Below are positions 46,977 to 57,186 of a stretch of DNA of 64,000 nt, piece after piece. A program made the position numbers and the translations under genes. The notes under the pieces are model-generated. The model worked only from the letters and a program-made list of their open reading frames with translations. It did not search any database and was not told the origin of the DNA. Source of the DNA: Steroidobacteraceae bacterium. Lineage in GTDB: Bacteria; Pseudomonadota; Gammaproteobacteria; Steroidobacterales; Steroidobacteraceae. The stretch lies in the NCBI GenBank assembly GCA_035286365.1, contig DATHJZ010000076.1, positions 12,712 to 76,711 on the forward strand, read 5' to 3'. How positions within the stretch are numbered: the first letter of the stretch is position 1; each line of letters begins with the position of its first letter.

Positions 46977-47590
46977 GCCACATCCAGCGTCAATTCGGTC
47001 AACGATTCAGCCGCCAGCGGCAGGGAGTGATGCACGGCGGCGACCACAACGCCGGCGCGCGCCAGTTGTTCGGCGACGAGATCCGCGACCAGGTGTTGCC
47101 CTTCGGCATCGAGATTCGTGGCGGGCTCATCCAGCAGCCACAACACGGCATTCGCGAGCAGCACGCCGGCGAGCGCGACGCGGCGGCGCTGCCCGGCAGA
47201 CAGCAGGCGCACCGCACGATCCGCGAATTTCGCAGCGCCGGTGCGTGCGAGCGCCGCGTCGACCTCGGCGCCCGTGACGGGCCGGCGAATGCCGATGGAA
47301 TACGCGAGATTCTCGCGCGCAGTGAGATCGCCCTTGAGCGGCGGTTCATGGCCGAGATAGGCAAGCTCGGCATGGAATTCATTGCGCGTCTGGCGGGTGG
47401 AGGTCCCCCGCCAGCTCACCTGCCCTTCTTCGGGCTCGAGCAGACCGGCGATGGCGCGCAGCAGGGTGGTCTTGCCGGCGCCGTTCCTGCCGGTCAGCAA
47501 TACGCAGCGGCCGGGGATGGCCTCGAAGCTGACGTTGCGCAGCACGTGTCGGTCGCCGCGCCACAGGTGAAGCCCGGAAACACTCAGCAT
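46973..47590 (-). CDS. ccmA: Heme exporter ATP-binding protein CcmA
   Basis: Walker A GRNGAGKTTLLR, signature LSAGQRRRVAL, Walker B LWLLDEP. Confidence 0.93.
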   Translation of the reverse strand: MLSVSGLHLWRGDRHVLRNVSFEAIPGRCVLLTGRNGAGKTTLLRAIAGLLEPEEGQVSWRGTSTRQTRNEFHAELAYLGHEPPLKGDLTARENLAYSIGIRRPVTGAEVDAALARTGAAKFADRAVRLLSAGQRRRVALAGVLLANAVLWLLDEPATNLDAEGQHLVADLVAEQLARAGVVVAAVHHSLPLAAESLTELTLDVA

Positions 47591-47595
47591 GAAGG

Positions 47596-47682
47596 TGGTG
47601 CCCCGGGCCGGAATCGAACCGGCATGGCCTCTCGACCGACGGATTTTAAGTCCGTTGCGTCTACCAATTCCGCCACCGGGGC
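47596..47682 (-). tRNA. tRNA-Leu (anticodon UAA)
   Basis: Reverse complement is GCCCCGGTGGCGGAATTGGTAGACGCAACGGACTTAAAATCCGTCGGTCGAGAGGCCATGCCGGTTCGATTCCGGCCCGGGGCACCA. It has a 7-bp acceptor stem, anticodon loop CTTAAAA, a long variable arm and the TTCGATT T-loop. Confidence 0.93.
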
Positions 47683-47692
47683 ATGGGACATG

Positions 47693-47766
47693 TGGAGGCT
47701 AGGGTCGGAATCGAACCGGCATAGACGGCTTTGCAGGCCGCTGCATAACCATTCTGCCACCTAGCC
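47693..47766 (-). tRNA. tRNA-Cys (anticodon GCA)
   Basis: Reverse complement is GGCTAGGTGGCAGAATGGTTATGCAGCGGCCTGCAAAGCCGTCTATGCCGGTTCGATTCCGACCCTAGCCTCCA. Acceptor stem GGCTAGG/CCTAGCC, anticodon loop CTGCAAA. There is one A-C mismatch in the T stem. Confidence 0.85.
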
Positions 47767-47796
47767 ACGGACCTGAAAGACGGGACCCATGAGAAT

Positions 47797-47872
<76 letters not shown>

Positions 47873-47914
47873 ATCCTGGAGAGGGCGCAAATTCTAGGGC
47901 CGTGGCCCGGCAAG

Positions 47915-48481
47915 TCAAGGAGTTCCGGCTCCTGCAAGCCCCTCTTTTGCAAGGATTTGCATAACAGCGCTCACGGAATCGGCATTGCGCCAGCGCGCGC
48001 GACTGACCGGGGTCACGAACTGCTCGGTGACCGCGTGATCGAGCATGGCGTACAGCGGCGCAAAGTAGTTCTCGATGTTGGCGAGGATCACCGGTTTGGT
48101 GTGCAACCCAAGTTGCGCCCAGGTGATGATTTCGACCAGTTCGTCAAAGGTGCCCATGCCGCCCGGCAGCCCGACGAAGGCGTCCGACAAATCCGCCATC
48201 AGAGTCTTGCGCTCGTGCATCGTGTCGACCACGTGCTGCTGGGTGAGCCTGGGATGCGCGAGCTCGCGTTCGATGAGCATGCGCGGGATCACGCCGATGA
48301 CGCGGCCGCCGGCAGCCAGCGCCGCATCCGCCGCGATGCCCATGAGCCCCAACCGGCCACCGCCGTACACGAGCGTGGCGCCGCTGTTTGCGAAGGCACT
48401 GCCGAGCTCGCGCGCCGCGGCCGAGTAGCTAGGCCGGGCACCGGGTGCGGAGCCACAGAATACACACACCGAGAGCGTCAT
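47915..48481 (-). CDS. LOG-family (TIGR00730) nucleotide phosphoribohydrolase
   Basis: VCVFCGS, LVYGGGRLGLMG and LPGGMGTFDELVE (PGGxGTxxE) motifs. ATGA overlap with the pgsA stop. Confidence 0.85.
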   Translation of the reverse strand: MTLSVCVFCGSAPGARPSYSAAARELGSAFANSGATLVYGGGRLGLMGIAADAALAAGGRVIGVIPRMLIERELAHPRLTQQHVVDTMHERKTLMADLSDAFVGLPGGMGTFDELVEIITWAQLGLHTKPVILANIENYFAPLYAMLDHAVTEQFVTPVSRARWRNADSVSAVMQILAKEGLAGAGTP

Positions 48482-49122
48482 GTGGGACTACGCAGGTCCG
48501 GCCAGGCGGCCCGCAGGTAGGCGATTGCCGAGATGAGTGTGAGCACCGCGGCAATGATCGTGAGCACCAGGCCAATCTCGAAAACGGGAATGCTGAAGCC
48601 TGGGGCGATCGGCAGACTCCAGCGGAACAACATGCACGACAACCCCACGATCTGCAGGATCGTCTTGTACTTGGCGAGCTGACTTACTTTCACCTTGCCG
48701 CGCTTGCCGATCTCCGCCATCCATTCGCGCAGCGCGGAGATCGCAATCTCGCGACCGATGATGATGACCGCCGTCAGCACCAGGATGACCTGCACGGATT
48801 CCTTGCGCAGGGTATAGCGGGCGCCATCGAGCGCCTCGAGCCCGGGTACCACGATGTTGGGCATCTCCTTGCTGAGGAGCAGCACGAGCGCGACGGCTAC
48901 GATCAGCTTGTCGGCCACCGGGTCGAGGAAGGCGCCGAGGCGCGAGGTCTGGCCCATCTTGCGTGCGAAGTAGCCGTCGAGCGAATCGGTGATGCCCGCC
49001 AGCGCGAACAGCAGCCCCGCCGCCGGATCGGCCCAGCCGCCGGGTAGATAGAACAACACGATGACCAGCGGGATCGCGAAGATGCGCAGCCAGGTCAGTG
49101 TGTTGGGCAGGTTCCAGATCAT
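48478..49122 (-). CDS. pgsA: CDP-diacylglycerol--glycerol-3-phosphate 3-phosphatidyltransferase
   Basis: NLPNTLTWLRIFAIPL and GITDSLDGYFARKMGQTSRLGAFLDPVADK CDP-alcohol phosphatidyltransferase motif. Start set at MIWNLP (ATG at 49120-49122). Confidence 0.92.
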   Translation of the reverse strand: MIWNLPNTLTWLRIFAIPLVIVLFYLPGGWADPAAGLLFALAGITDSLDGYFARKMGQTSRLGAFLDPVADKLIVAVALVLLLSKEMPNIVVPGLEALDGARYTLRKESVQVILVLTAVIIIGREIAISALREWMAEIGKRGKVKVSQLAKYKTILQIVGLSCMLFRWSLPIAPGFSIPVFEIGLVLTIIAAVLTLISAIAYLRAAWPDLRSPT

Positions 49123-49141
49123 GTCGGTGGCACGGCGGCGC

Positions 49142-50956
49142 TCAGGCGCCCGGGTGCAGATGATCATAAAGGGTGCGTGCCAGCGTTGTCCCGATTCCGC
49201 TGACCGCTTCGAAGTCGCCGACACCCGCGCGCATCAAACCCTGCATGCCGCCGAAGTGTCGCAGTAGCGCACGCCGCTTGGCAGGCCCCAGACCCGGGAT
49301 GGCTTCCAGCACGGATTCGTTGTGGCGGCGCGCGCGCCGCTTGCGATGGCCGGTGATCGCGAAGCGATGGGCCTCGTCGCGAATCCGCTGGACCACGCGC
49401 AGGGCGGGCGAATCCGGTCCCGGAACGAGCGGCGCAGAATCGCCATGCACGAACAGCCGTTCCTGGCCGGGCTTGCGATCCGGCCCCTTGGCGACGCCGA
49501 CGAGCTTGAGCATGCCGAAGCCGAGTTGCTCGAGCTCCGCATACACCTCGTTGATCTGGCCCAATCCGCCGTCGATCAGCAGCACGTCGGGGGCGACCAC
49601 TTCCCCGCTCCTGATGCGCTCGTAGCGCCGCTTCAGCGCCTGGCGCAAGGCGCCGTAGTCGTCACCCGGCGTCACCCCGGTGATGTTGAAGCGCCGGTAT
49701 TCCTTTTTCATAGGGCCTTCGGGGCCGTACACCACGCACGACGCGACCGTGCCCTCGCCCGCCGTGTGGCTGATGTCGAAGCACTCGAGCCGCTGCGGGG
49801 GCGCATCGAGGCCTAGCAACCCGCCGAGCGCGGCCAGCATGTCTTCGATGTCGGCGCGGCGCGCGCGCCGCATGCGCAGGGCCTGGGTGGCGTTCTCAAC
49901 GGTCATGCCGAGGAAACGCAATGGCAGTGCGCGCGACGGCCGCCACACCCGCGTCGAGCTGCCGGCGCGTAAACTCAGGGCGTCGGTCAGCGCCGCGGAT
50001 TCCGTGAGCTCGAGGTTGACCAGGATCTCGGCCGGTGGCGGCGTCTCGGCGTAGTACTGCATGAGGAATGATGCCAGCGCCTCGCCCGGTTCGGCCAGAG
50101 CGCCTTTGGGGAAATAGCTCGTCGCGCCCAGATTGCGCCCGCCGCGGATGATCATCACGGTGACGGCGAATTCGCCGGGCTCGCCCACCAGCGCGAACAC
50201 GTCGATGTCGCGATCGCCTTCGCCGGTAACGATCTGCTGCGCCTGGACCTGCTTCAGCGCGGCCAACTGGTCGCGCAGCGCCGCGGCGCGCTCGAACTGC
50301 AGCGCTTCGGCGGCCTTTTCCATGGCCGATGCGAGCTCGGAATTCACCTCGTCGTTGCGGCCTTCCAGCACCTTGACCGCGGCGGCGATGTCGCGTGCAT
50401 AGTCCTCGCGTGAAATGAGTTCTACACAGGGCGCCGAGCAGCGGCCGATCTGGTGCTGCAGGCACGGGCGGCTGCGATTCTCGAAAAAGGTGTCGCGGCA
50501 GTTCCGGATGTGAAAGATCTTCTGCACGCTCTGCAGGGTGTCCTTGACCGCGCCCGCGCCCGGGAACGGCCCGAAGTAGCGTCCCGGCAGATTGCGCGCG
50601 CCGCGATAGAACACCAGCCGCGGGTATTCGTGCCCTGCGGGTAGATAGATATAGGGAAAACTCTTGTCGTCGCGCAACACGATGTTGTAGCGCGGCTTGT
50701 GCTCCTTGATGAGGTTGTATTCGAGCAGCAGCGCCTCGGTCTCGGAGTTGGTCAGCGTGACCTCGATACGTGCGATGTGTCCGACCAGCGCCTGCACCTT
50801 CGGATCGACATTGCTCGCGAGGAAATAGTTGCCGACGCGATCCCGCAGACTGCGTGCCTTGCCGACGTACAGCAGCTCGCCGGATTCCGAATACATGCGA
50901 TACACGCCCGGCCGCCGCGGCAGGCTCGCGATGAAATCCTTGTGATCGAAGCTCAC
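49142..50956 (-). CDS. uvrC: Excinuclease ABC subunit C
   Basis: GIY-YIG segment (PGVYRMYSESGELLYVGKARSLRDRV), a UvrBC-interaction region, an endonuclease domain and a C-terminal HhH. GTG start at 50954-50956 after GAGG. Confidence 0.93.
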   Translation of the reverse strand: MSFDHKDFIASLPRRPGVYRMYSESGELLYVGKARSLRDRVGNYFLASNVDPKVQALVGHIARIEVTLTNSETEALLLEYNLIKEHKPRYNIVLRDDKSFPYIYLPAGHEYPRLVFYRGARNLPGRYFGPFPGAGAVKDTLQSVQKIFHIRNCRDTFFENRSRPCLQHQIGRCSAPCVELISREDYARDIAAAVKVLEGRNDEVNSELASAMEKAAEALQFERAAALRDQLAALKQVQAQQIVTGEGDRDIDVFALVGEPGEFAVTVMIIRGGRNLGATSYFPKGALAEPGEALASFLMQYYAETPPPAEILVNLELTESAALTDALSLRAGSSTRVWRPSRALPLRFLGMTVENATQALRMRRARRADIEDMLAALGGLLGLDAPPQRLECFDISHTAGEGTVASCVVYGPEGPMKKEYRRFNITGVTPGDDYGALRQALKRRYERIRSGEVVAPDVLLIDGGLGQINEVYAELEQLGFGMLKLVGVAKGPDRKPGQERLFVHGDSAPLVPGPDSPALRVVQRIRDEAHRFAITGHRKRRARRHNESVLEAIPGLGPAKRRALLRHFGGMQGLMRAGVGDFEAVSGIGTTLARTLYDHLHPGA

Positions 50957-50963
50957 GCGTGCC

Positions 50964-51599
50964 TCACAGGCCCGCAAGGCCCGCCGCGCGCTTGAGGACG
51001 ATGCGGAACATGTCGGCGGTGAGGCGGCGGGTCTGCGTGTTGTAGCGGCTGCAGTGATAGGAGTCGACCAGGTGGCGTGCGCCGGGCAGTTCGAATTCGT
51101 TGCCATGACCGAATTTCGCCGCGCCGCGCTTGAGGCCGGACGCCGTCAACACCGCATCGTGTGCCACTGTGCCGAGCGCCAGCACGGCCTTCACGGACGC
51201 CAGCAGGTCGAGCTCCGCCGCGAGGTATTGATTGCAGGTCTTGATCTCGACGGGCAGCGGTTTGTTGTCCGGCGGCAGGCATTTGACTGCATTCGTAATG
51301 CGGACGCCCGGCAGTTTCAAGCCGTCGCTGCGATCCACGGAGACGTCCGCGCTGGCCAGACCGAGCTCATGCAGCGACCTATATAAGAGTATGCCCGCGT
51401 GGTCGCCCGTGAACGGACGGCCGGTGCGATTGGCGCCGTGCATGCCGGGCGCGAGCCCCACGATCAGAAGCTTGGGTGCCGCGTCGCCGAACGGGGCCAC
51501 GGGCTTGCTGTGGTAGTCGGGATTCTCGTGCGCAGATTTCGCCAGGAACGAGGACAGCCGCGGACACAGCGTGCAATCGGGACAGAATGTCGCCGCCAT
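50964..51599 (-). CDS. Uracil-DNA glycosylase superfamily protein (family 4/5, UdgB-like)
   Basis: CPDCTLCPRL Cys cluster, GLAPGMHGANRTGRPFTGD motif and HCSRYN. Confidence 0.75.
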   Translation of the reverse strand: MAATFCPDCTLCPRLSSFLAKSAHENPDYHSKPVAPFGDAAPKLLIVGLAPGMHGANRTGRPFTGDHAGILLYRSLHELGLASADVSVDRSDGLKLPGVRITNAVKCLPPDNKPLPVEIKTCNQYLAAELDLLASVKAVLALGTVAHDAVLTASGLKRGAAKFGHGNEFELPGARHLVDSYHCSRYNTQTRRLTADMFRIVLKRAAGLAGL

Positions 51600-51631
51600 T
51601 GTTTGTCCGTGACCGGTGCGCGCGGCGCGCG

Positions 51632-52960
51632 CTATCCCTGCATTCGCCTGATGATGGCGTCACCGAAGCCCGAGCAGGTCAACAGCGTGGCGCCAGGAAT
51701 CAGTCTCTGCAGATCTTCCTCGACGTTCTTGCGCGCCGCGATGTCGCGCTTGGTGGCGCGAATGGCTTCGCGCAGGCGCGCCAGGTCGTAGGTCATTTCC
51801 TTGGCGGCGATGGTGTCCGCCACGCCCTGCAGGATGAGCTCGGCGGCTTCCTTCCAGCCGATGTAGCGCAGCATCATCTCCGCCGAAAGAATCAGCGAGC
51901 CTGGATTGACCCGATCCTTGCCGGCAAAACCCGGCGCGGTGCCGTGAGTGGCTTCGAACACCGCGAGCCCATCGCCGATGTTGCCGCCGGGCGCAATGCC
52001 GATGCCGCCCACCTGCGCCGCCAGTGCGTCCGAGATGTAGTCACCGTTGAGATTCAGAGTCGCGATCACGTCGTAGTCTTCCGGCCGCAGCAACACCTGC
52101 TGCAGGAAGTTGTCGGCGATCACGTCCTTGATGACGATTTCCTTGCCGTTGACCGGATTCCTGAAGCTGAGCCACGGCCCCGCCCCGATCGGCTTCGCGC
52201 CGTATTCTTCCTTCGCGAGTAGATAGCCCCACTGCATGAAGGCACCTTCGGTGAACTTCATGATGTTGCCCTTGTGCACCAGGCTCACCGACACGCGATC
52301 GTCTTCGATGGCGTACTGGATGGCCTTGCGCACCAGGCGCTGGCTGCCCTCTTTCGACACCGGCTTGATGCCGATGCCGGAACTGGCGGGGAACCGGATG
52401 CCCGTTGCCTTCAATTCTGTCTGCAGGAAGTGGATGAGCTTGTGGACTTCCTCGGAGCCGGTCGGCCACTCGATGCCGGCGTAGATGTCTTCGGTGTTCT
52501 CCCGGAACACCACCATGTCGGTGAGCGAGGCATCCGCCATCGGCGTCGAAACGCCGGGGAAGTAACGGATCGGGCGCACGCAGGCGTACAGATCGAGATT
52601 CTGGCGCAGCGCCACGTTCAGCGAACGCATGCCGCCGCCGACCGGCGTGCCGAGCGGACCCTTGATCGACACGACGAATTCGCGCAGCGCGAGCAGCGTT
52701 TCGTCGGGAAAGCCGGTGCCGTAGATCGTGGTGGCCTTATCCCCGGCGTAGATCTCCATCCACGCGATCTTGCGCTTGCTGCCATACGCCTTGGCCACCG
52801 CGGCGTTCACGACTTTCAACATCACCGGCGTGATGTCGATGCCGATTCCATCGCCCTCGACGTACGCGATGATGGGATTGTCCGGAACGTTGATGGACGA
52901 ATCCGGATTGATGGTGATGCGCTGGCCGTGCTTGGGAACCGTTATTTTTTCGTACTGCAT
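51632..52960 (-). CDS. icd: NADP-dependent isocitrate dehydrogenase
   Basis: [59 protein letters not shown] and ATHGTAP motifs. Start at MQYEKI (ATG at 52958-52960). Confidence 0.93.
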   Translation of the reverse strand: MQYEKITVPKHGQRITINPDSSINVPDNPIIAYVEGDGIGIDITPVMLKVVNAAVAKAYGSKRKIAWMEIYAGDKATTIYGTGFPDETLLALREFVVSIKGPLGTPVGGGMRSLNVALRQNLDLYACVRPIRYFPGVSTPMADASLTDMVVFRENTEDIYAGIEWPTGSEEVHKLIHFLQTELKATGIRFPASSGIGIKPVSKEGSQRLVRKAIQYAIEDDRVSVSLVHKGNIMKFTEGAFMQWGYLLAKEEYGAKPIGAGPWLSFRNPVNGKEIVIKDVIADNFLQQVLLRPEDYDVIATLNLNGDYISDALAAQVGGIGIAPGGNIGDGLAVFEATHGTAPGFAGKDRVNPGSLILSAEMMLRYIGWKEAAELILQGVADTIAAKEMTYDLARLREAIRATKRDIAARKNVEEDLQRLIPGATLLTCSGFGDAIIRRMQG

Positions 52961-52977
52961 GCTCGGTAGATCGGCAA

Positions 52978-54339
52978 TCAGCGGGCCGGACCGGGACCAT
53001 GCCGGCCGATCAGCATCGCCATCTCCAGCGCCTGCTCGTAGTTGAGTCGCGGGTCCACCGTCGATTTGTACGCGCGCGCGAGGTCGGCATCGGTCAATCC
53101 CCGCGCACCGCCCGTGCACTCGGTGACGTCTTCACCCGTGAGCTCGATATGCACGCCACCCAGGAACGAGCCATTCGCTTCGTGCACCTGGAACGAGAGC
53201 TCGAGTTCCTTGAGGATGTTTTCGAAGCGCCGCGTCTTGAGACCGCCCGAACTCGTCTCGGTGTTGCCGTGCATCGGGTCGCAGACCCACAGCACCTGCT
53301 GGCCGGTTTCGCGAACGGCCTTGATCATCTTCGGCAGCCCTTTCTCCACATCCTTTGCGCCGAAGCGGTGAATGATGGTGAGGCGCCCCGGCGTGTTCTG
53401 CGGATTGAGCGTGGTCACCAGGCCTTGCAGCCATTCGGTGGTCATCGCCGACCCTATCTTCACGCCCATCGGGTTCGCGATGCCACGGAAGAACTCCACG
53501 TGCGCGCCGTCGAGCGCCGCGGTGCGCATGCCGATCCACGGCATGTGCGTCGACAGGTTGTACCAGCGCTTGTTACGTTCGATGTAGCGCGTCTGGGCCT
53601 GCTCGTAGTGCATGAGCAGACCTTCGTGCGAGGCGAAGAAATCGACCGATGTAACTTCGTGCGGCGCGCGTCCACCGCTGACACGCTCGAAGAAGTCGAG
53701 CGAGTCACCGATCGAATCGACGATCTTCTGGTACTGCTCGATCAGCGGCGAATGCTTCATGAATCCGAGATCCCAGTACCTCGGATGATGCAGGTCGGCG
53801 AAACCACCGTCGCACAGCGCGCGCACAAAATTGAGCGTCAACGCGGCGCGTTCGTAGCCGCGCAGCAGCAGCGTCGGATCCGGCTCGCGTGCTGCGGCGG
53901 TGAACTCGGAACGATTCACGAGATCGCCGCGGAACGCGGGCAGCGTCACGCCTTCACGCGTCTCGGTGTCGGCCGAGCGCGGCTTGGCGTACTGGCCGGC
54001 CATGCGGCCGACGCGAATGATCGGCTTCTTGAGTCCATGCAACAGCACCAGGCTCATCTGCAGCAGGATCTTGAGCTTCTTGGCGATCTTGTCGGACTCA
54101 CACTCCTCGAAGGTCTCGGCGCAATCGCCGCCCATCAACAGGAACTTGTTGCCGACCTGCGCTTCGGCGAGACGCTCGCGCAGCTGTTCGATTTCCCACG
54201 ACACCACCAGCGGAGGAAGGCGCGACAACGAGGCGACCGCGCGCTCGAGCGCGGCCTGGTCGGAATATTTCGGCTGCTGCTGAACGGGTCGGGTGGTCCA
54301 GCTCGCGGGATGCCAGGAGGCAGTGTCGGGGGTTCGCAT
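52978..54339 (-). CDS. Class II (plant-like) 3-deoxy-7-phosphoheptulonate (DAHP) synthase
   Basis: [41 protein letters not shown] and CDPMHGNT motifs, typical of the AroA(II) class. Confidence 0.9.
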   Translation of the reverse strand: MRTPDTASWHPASWTTRPVQQQPKYSDQAALERAVASLSRLPPLVVSWEIEQLRERLAEAQVGNKFLLMGGDCAETFEECESDKIAKKLKILLQMSLVLLHGLKKPIIRVGRMAGQYAKPRSADTETREGVTLPAFRGDLVNRSEFTAAAREPDPTLLLRGYERAALTLNFVRALCDGGFADLHHPRYWDLGFMKHSPLIEQYQKIVDSIGDSLDFFERVSGGRAPHEVTSVDFFASHEGLLMHYEQAQTRYIERNKRWYNLSTHMPWIGMRTAALDGAHVEFFRGIANPMGVKIGSAMTTEWLQGLVTTLNPQNTPGRLTIIHRFGAKDVEKGLPKMIKAVRETGQQVLWVCDPMHGNTETSSGGLKTRRFENILKELELSFQVHEANGSFLGGVHIELTGEDVTECTGGARGLTDADLARAYKSTVDPRLNYEQALEMAMLIGRHGPGPAR

Positions 54340-54396
54340 GGTGGGAAGTATTCTAATTCAGACAGTTACGGCACACTACGGCCAAGCGAGGTTTAC

Positions 54397-55605
54397 ATGC
54401 ACAAAGTTTTGGTCCTGGGCGCCGGGAAGATCGGCGCCCTTATCAGTGGCCTGTTGGCCGAATCCGGTGATTACGAGGTGACCCTGGGCGATGTGGACGC
54501 GGCAGCGGCGGAAGCCGTGGTCAAGGCGCACGGTTCGCGCTCACTGCGCGCGGTCGCGCTCGATGCGGGCGATGCGAAGGCGCTGGAGCAACATTTCGCG
54601 ACGTTCAAGCCGCACGCCGTCGTCTCCAGCCTGCCTTATTACTGCAATCCTGCGGTGGCCAAGGCGGCGCGCAAGAACAATGCTCACTACTTCGATCTGA
54701 CCGAAGACGTGGCGGTCACACAGGCCGTGCGCCGGACCGCGCGCGGTGCGTCAAAGGCGTTCGTACCCCAATGTGGGCTCGCGCCGGGATTCATCAGCAT
54801 CGCGGCCAACGAACTGACCAAGCACTTCGATGAGCTGCGCTCGATCAAGCTGCGCGTCGGCGCCCTGCCCCAACACCCTAACAACGTGCTCAAGTATTCG
54901 CTGACCTGGTCCACCGAAGGGCTCATCAACGAGTACGGCAATCCCTGCCAGTCGGTAGTCGACGGCAAGATCGTCGTTGCCGCGCCGCTCGAGGGGTTGG
55001 AGGAAATCGAAATCGACGGCACGTTGTACGAAGCCTTCAACACCTCTGGTGGCCTGGGATCGTTGGCCGAGTCGTACGGCAAGCAGTGCGAACAAATCAA
55101 CTACAAGACGATGCGTTATCCCGGGCACTGCGCGCAGATGCGCCTGCTCATGAACGATCTCAAGCTCAATTCGGATCGCGCCACGTTGAAGCGGGTGCTG
55201 GAGCACGCCGTGCCGCAGACTTTGCAAGACGTGGTGATCGTGTACGCCGCCGTGGCGGGCAAGCAGGATGGCGAGCTGCGCGAGGAGAACTACGTCAACA
55301 AGATCTATCCACAGATGATCGCCGGGCGTCTGTGGTCCGCGATCCAGGTGACCACTGCGGCAGGAATTACCGCGGTCGTTGACCTGGTCCTGGCCAGTCC
55401 GCGGAAATTCTCCGGGTTCGTCGCGCAGGAGCAGTTCGACCTGCCAGCGATTCTCGACAATCGCTTCGGCCAGTACTACGCGCCCGGCGGCACCAAGGAT
55501 CTGTCGTCCACGGTTGTGGTATCCGGTCAGGCGGGTCACCAACGCAGGGGAGCCGCGAAAGCTGCGGGCGCCACGGCGTCCAAGCCTGCGAGGAAAAGGA
55601 AATGA
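54397..55605 (+). CDS. Saccharopine dehydrogenase-family protein
   Basis: [20 protein letters not shown] Rossmann start (GAGG upstream). [17 protein letters not shown] and [14 protein letters not shown] motifs. The 52999..54396 part of the ORF-track entry is antisense shadow. Confidence 0.8.
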   Translation: MHKVLVLGAGKIGALISGLLAESGDYEVTLGDVDAAAAEAVVKAHGSRSLRAVALDAGDAKALEQHFATFKPHAVVSSLPYYCNPAVAKAARKNNAHYFDLTEDVAVTQAVRRTARGASKAFVPQCGLAPGFISIAANELTKHFDELRSIKLRVGALPQHPNNVLKYSLTWSTEGLINEYGNPCQSVVDGKIVVAAPLEGLEEIEIDGTLYEAFNTSGGLGSLAESYGKQCEQINYKTMRYPGHCAQMRLLMNDLKLNSDRATLKRVLEHAVPQTLQDVVIVYAAVAGKQDGELREENYVNKIYPQMIAGRLWSAIQVTTAAGITAVVDLVLASPRKFSGFVAQEQFDLPAILDNRFGQYYAPGGTKDLSSTVVVSGQAGHQRRGAAKAAGATASKPARKRK

Positions 55606-57167
55606 GCGCCGCCAAAGCCAGTGCCAGCGTCGACGTCGCCGGCATCCTCAAGCGTCTCGGCATCGATTCGATCAACGCAGGCGCGTGGTCGGGCAGCCTC
55701 GGCTGGTCGAAGGACACCGCAGGGTCCGCGATCACTTCAACCAACCCCGCGACCGGCGAAACACTGGCGCAAGTGCGCAGCGCCACGATCACCGACTACG
55801 AAGCCGTCATGCGCGGTAGCCTCGAGGCGGCCGCTGCCTGGCGCAGCGTGCCCGCGCCGCGCCGCGGCGAAGCCGTGCGGTTGTTAGGCGACGCGCTGCG
55901 CGCGGCGAAGGACGATCTCGGCGCCCTCGTCACGCTCGAGAACGGCAAGATCAAGGCCGAGGGCTTAGGGGAAGTGCAGGAGATGATCGACATCGCCGAC
56001 TTTGCCGTCGGCCAGTCGCGCATGCTCTACGGCAACACCATGCACTCGGAGCGGCCGCAGCACCGCATGTACGAGCAGTGGCATCCGCTCGGCGTCGTCG
56101 GGATCATTTCCGCGTTCAATTTCCCGGTCGCGGTGTGGGCCTGGAATGCATTCCTCGCCGCCATCTGCGGCAACGCCTCGGTGTGGAAGCCTTCGCCGAA
56201 GACGCCGCTCGCCGCAATCGCGGTCCAGCACATCTGCAACAAGGTCATGCGCGACCACCAGCTGCCGGCGATCTTCCAGCTGTTCATCGACGGCGGCACG
56301 GAGCTCGCCACGCGTTTCGTCGACGACAAACGCGTGGCGCTGGTCTCGTTCACCGGATCCACGGCCATCGGCCGCAACGTGGCGGAGCGCGTCGCGCGCC
56401 GCCTCGGCAAGGCGCTGCTCGAGCTCGGCGGCAACAACGCGATCATCGTCGACGAATCCGCCGATCTGAAACTGGCCGTACCTTCCATCGTGTTTGGCGC
56501 GGTCGGCACTGCGGGACAGCGCTGTACGACCACGCGCCGCGTGCTCGTGCATCGGTCGCGCATCGAAGAACTCGAGAAGAAGCTGGCGCACGCGTACACA
56601 CAGGTGCGCATCGGCAACCCGATCGATCCGGCCACGTTGATGGGCCCGTTGATCGACAAGGGCGCGGTCGAGCGCTATTCGCAGGCCATCACGCAGGCCA
56701 AGGCCGCGGGCGGCAAGGTCGTGACCGGTGAGAAGGTCCTCGAGGGCAAGGGCAACTTCGTCGCGCCCACGATCATTCGCGCGGAAAACGACTGGCCCAT
56801 CGTGCAGCACGAGACGTTCGCGCCCGTGATGTATCTGATTCCCTTCGACTCGCTGGAAGAGGCCATCGAGATGCAGAACGCATCTGCGCATGGACTGTCG
56901 TCGTCCATCTTCACCGACCGGCTGCAGCATGCGGAGGCTTTCCTGGCGGCTTCGGGCAGCGACTGCGGCATCGCCAACGTGAACATCGGCACCTCGGGCG
57001 CCGAGATCGGCGGCGCGTTCGGCGGCGAGAAAGATACGGGTGGTGGACGCGAATCGGGTTCGGATTCGTGGAAGGCCTACATGCGCCGCCAGACGAATAC
57101 GATCAACTGGAGCCGCGAGTTGCCGCTCGCGCAAGGCATCACGTTCGAGATCAAGGAAGGTCCGTAA
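55602..57167 (+). CDS. Aldehyde dehydrogenase, ALDH7/antiquitin-like (alpha-aminoadipic semialdehyde / piperideine-6-carboxylate dehydrogenase type)
   Basis: [53 protein letters not shown] and [21 protein letters not shown] motifs. ATGA overlap with the preceding gene. Confidence 0.8.
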   Translation: MSAAKASASVDVAGILKRLGIDSINAGAWSGSLGWSKDTAGSAITSTNPATGETLAQVRSATITDYEAVMRGSLEAAAAWRSVPAPRRGEAVRLLGDALRAAKDDLGALVTLENGKIKAEGLGEVQEMIDIADFAVGQSRMLYGNTMHSERPQHRMYEQWHPLGVVGIISAFNFPVAVWAWNAFLAAICGNASVWKPSPKTPLAAIAVQHICNKVMRDHQLPAIFQLFIDGGTELATRFVDDKRVALVSFTGSTAIGRNVAERVARRLGKALLELGGNNAIIVDESADLKLAVPSIVFGAVGTAGQRCTTTRRVLVHRSRIEELEKKLAHAYTQVRIGNPIDPATLMGPLIDKGAVERYSQAITQAKAAGGKVVTGEKVLEGKGNFVAPTIIRAENDWPIVQHETFAPVMYLIPFDSLEEAIEMQNASAHGLSSSIFTDRLQHAEAFLAASGSDCGIANVNIGTSGAEIGGAFGGEKDTGGGRESGSDSWKAYMRRQTNTINWSRELPLAQGITFEIKEGP

Positions 57168-57186
57168 ATGGGGTCAGACGCCATTT

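Noticed and set aside
52999-54396. The N-terminal 466 aa of the 868-aa plus-strand ORF 52999..55605.
   Set aside because: It is antisense to the class II DAHP synthase gene. Only the part from the ATG at 54397 (GAGG upstream, Rossmann motif immediately after) is a real gene.
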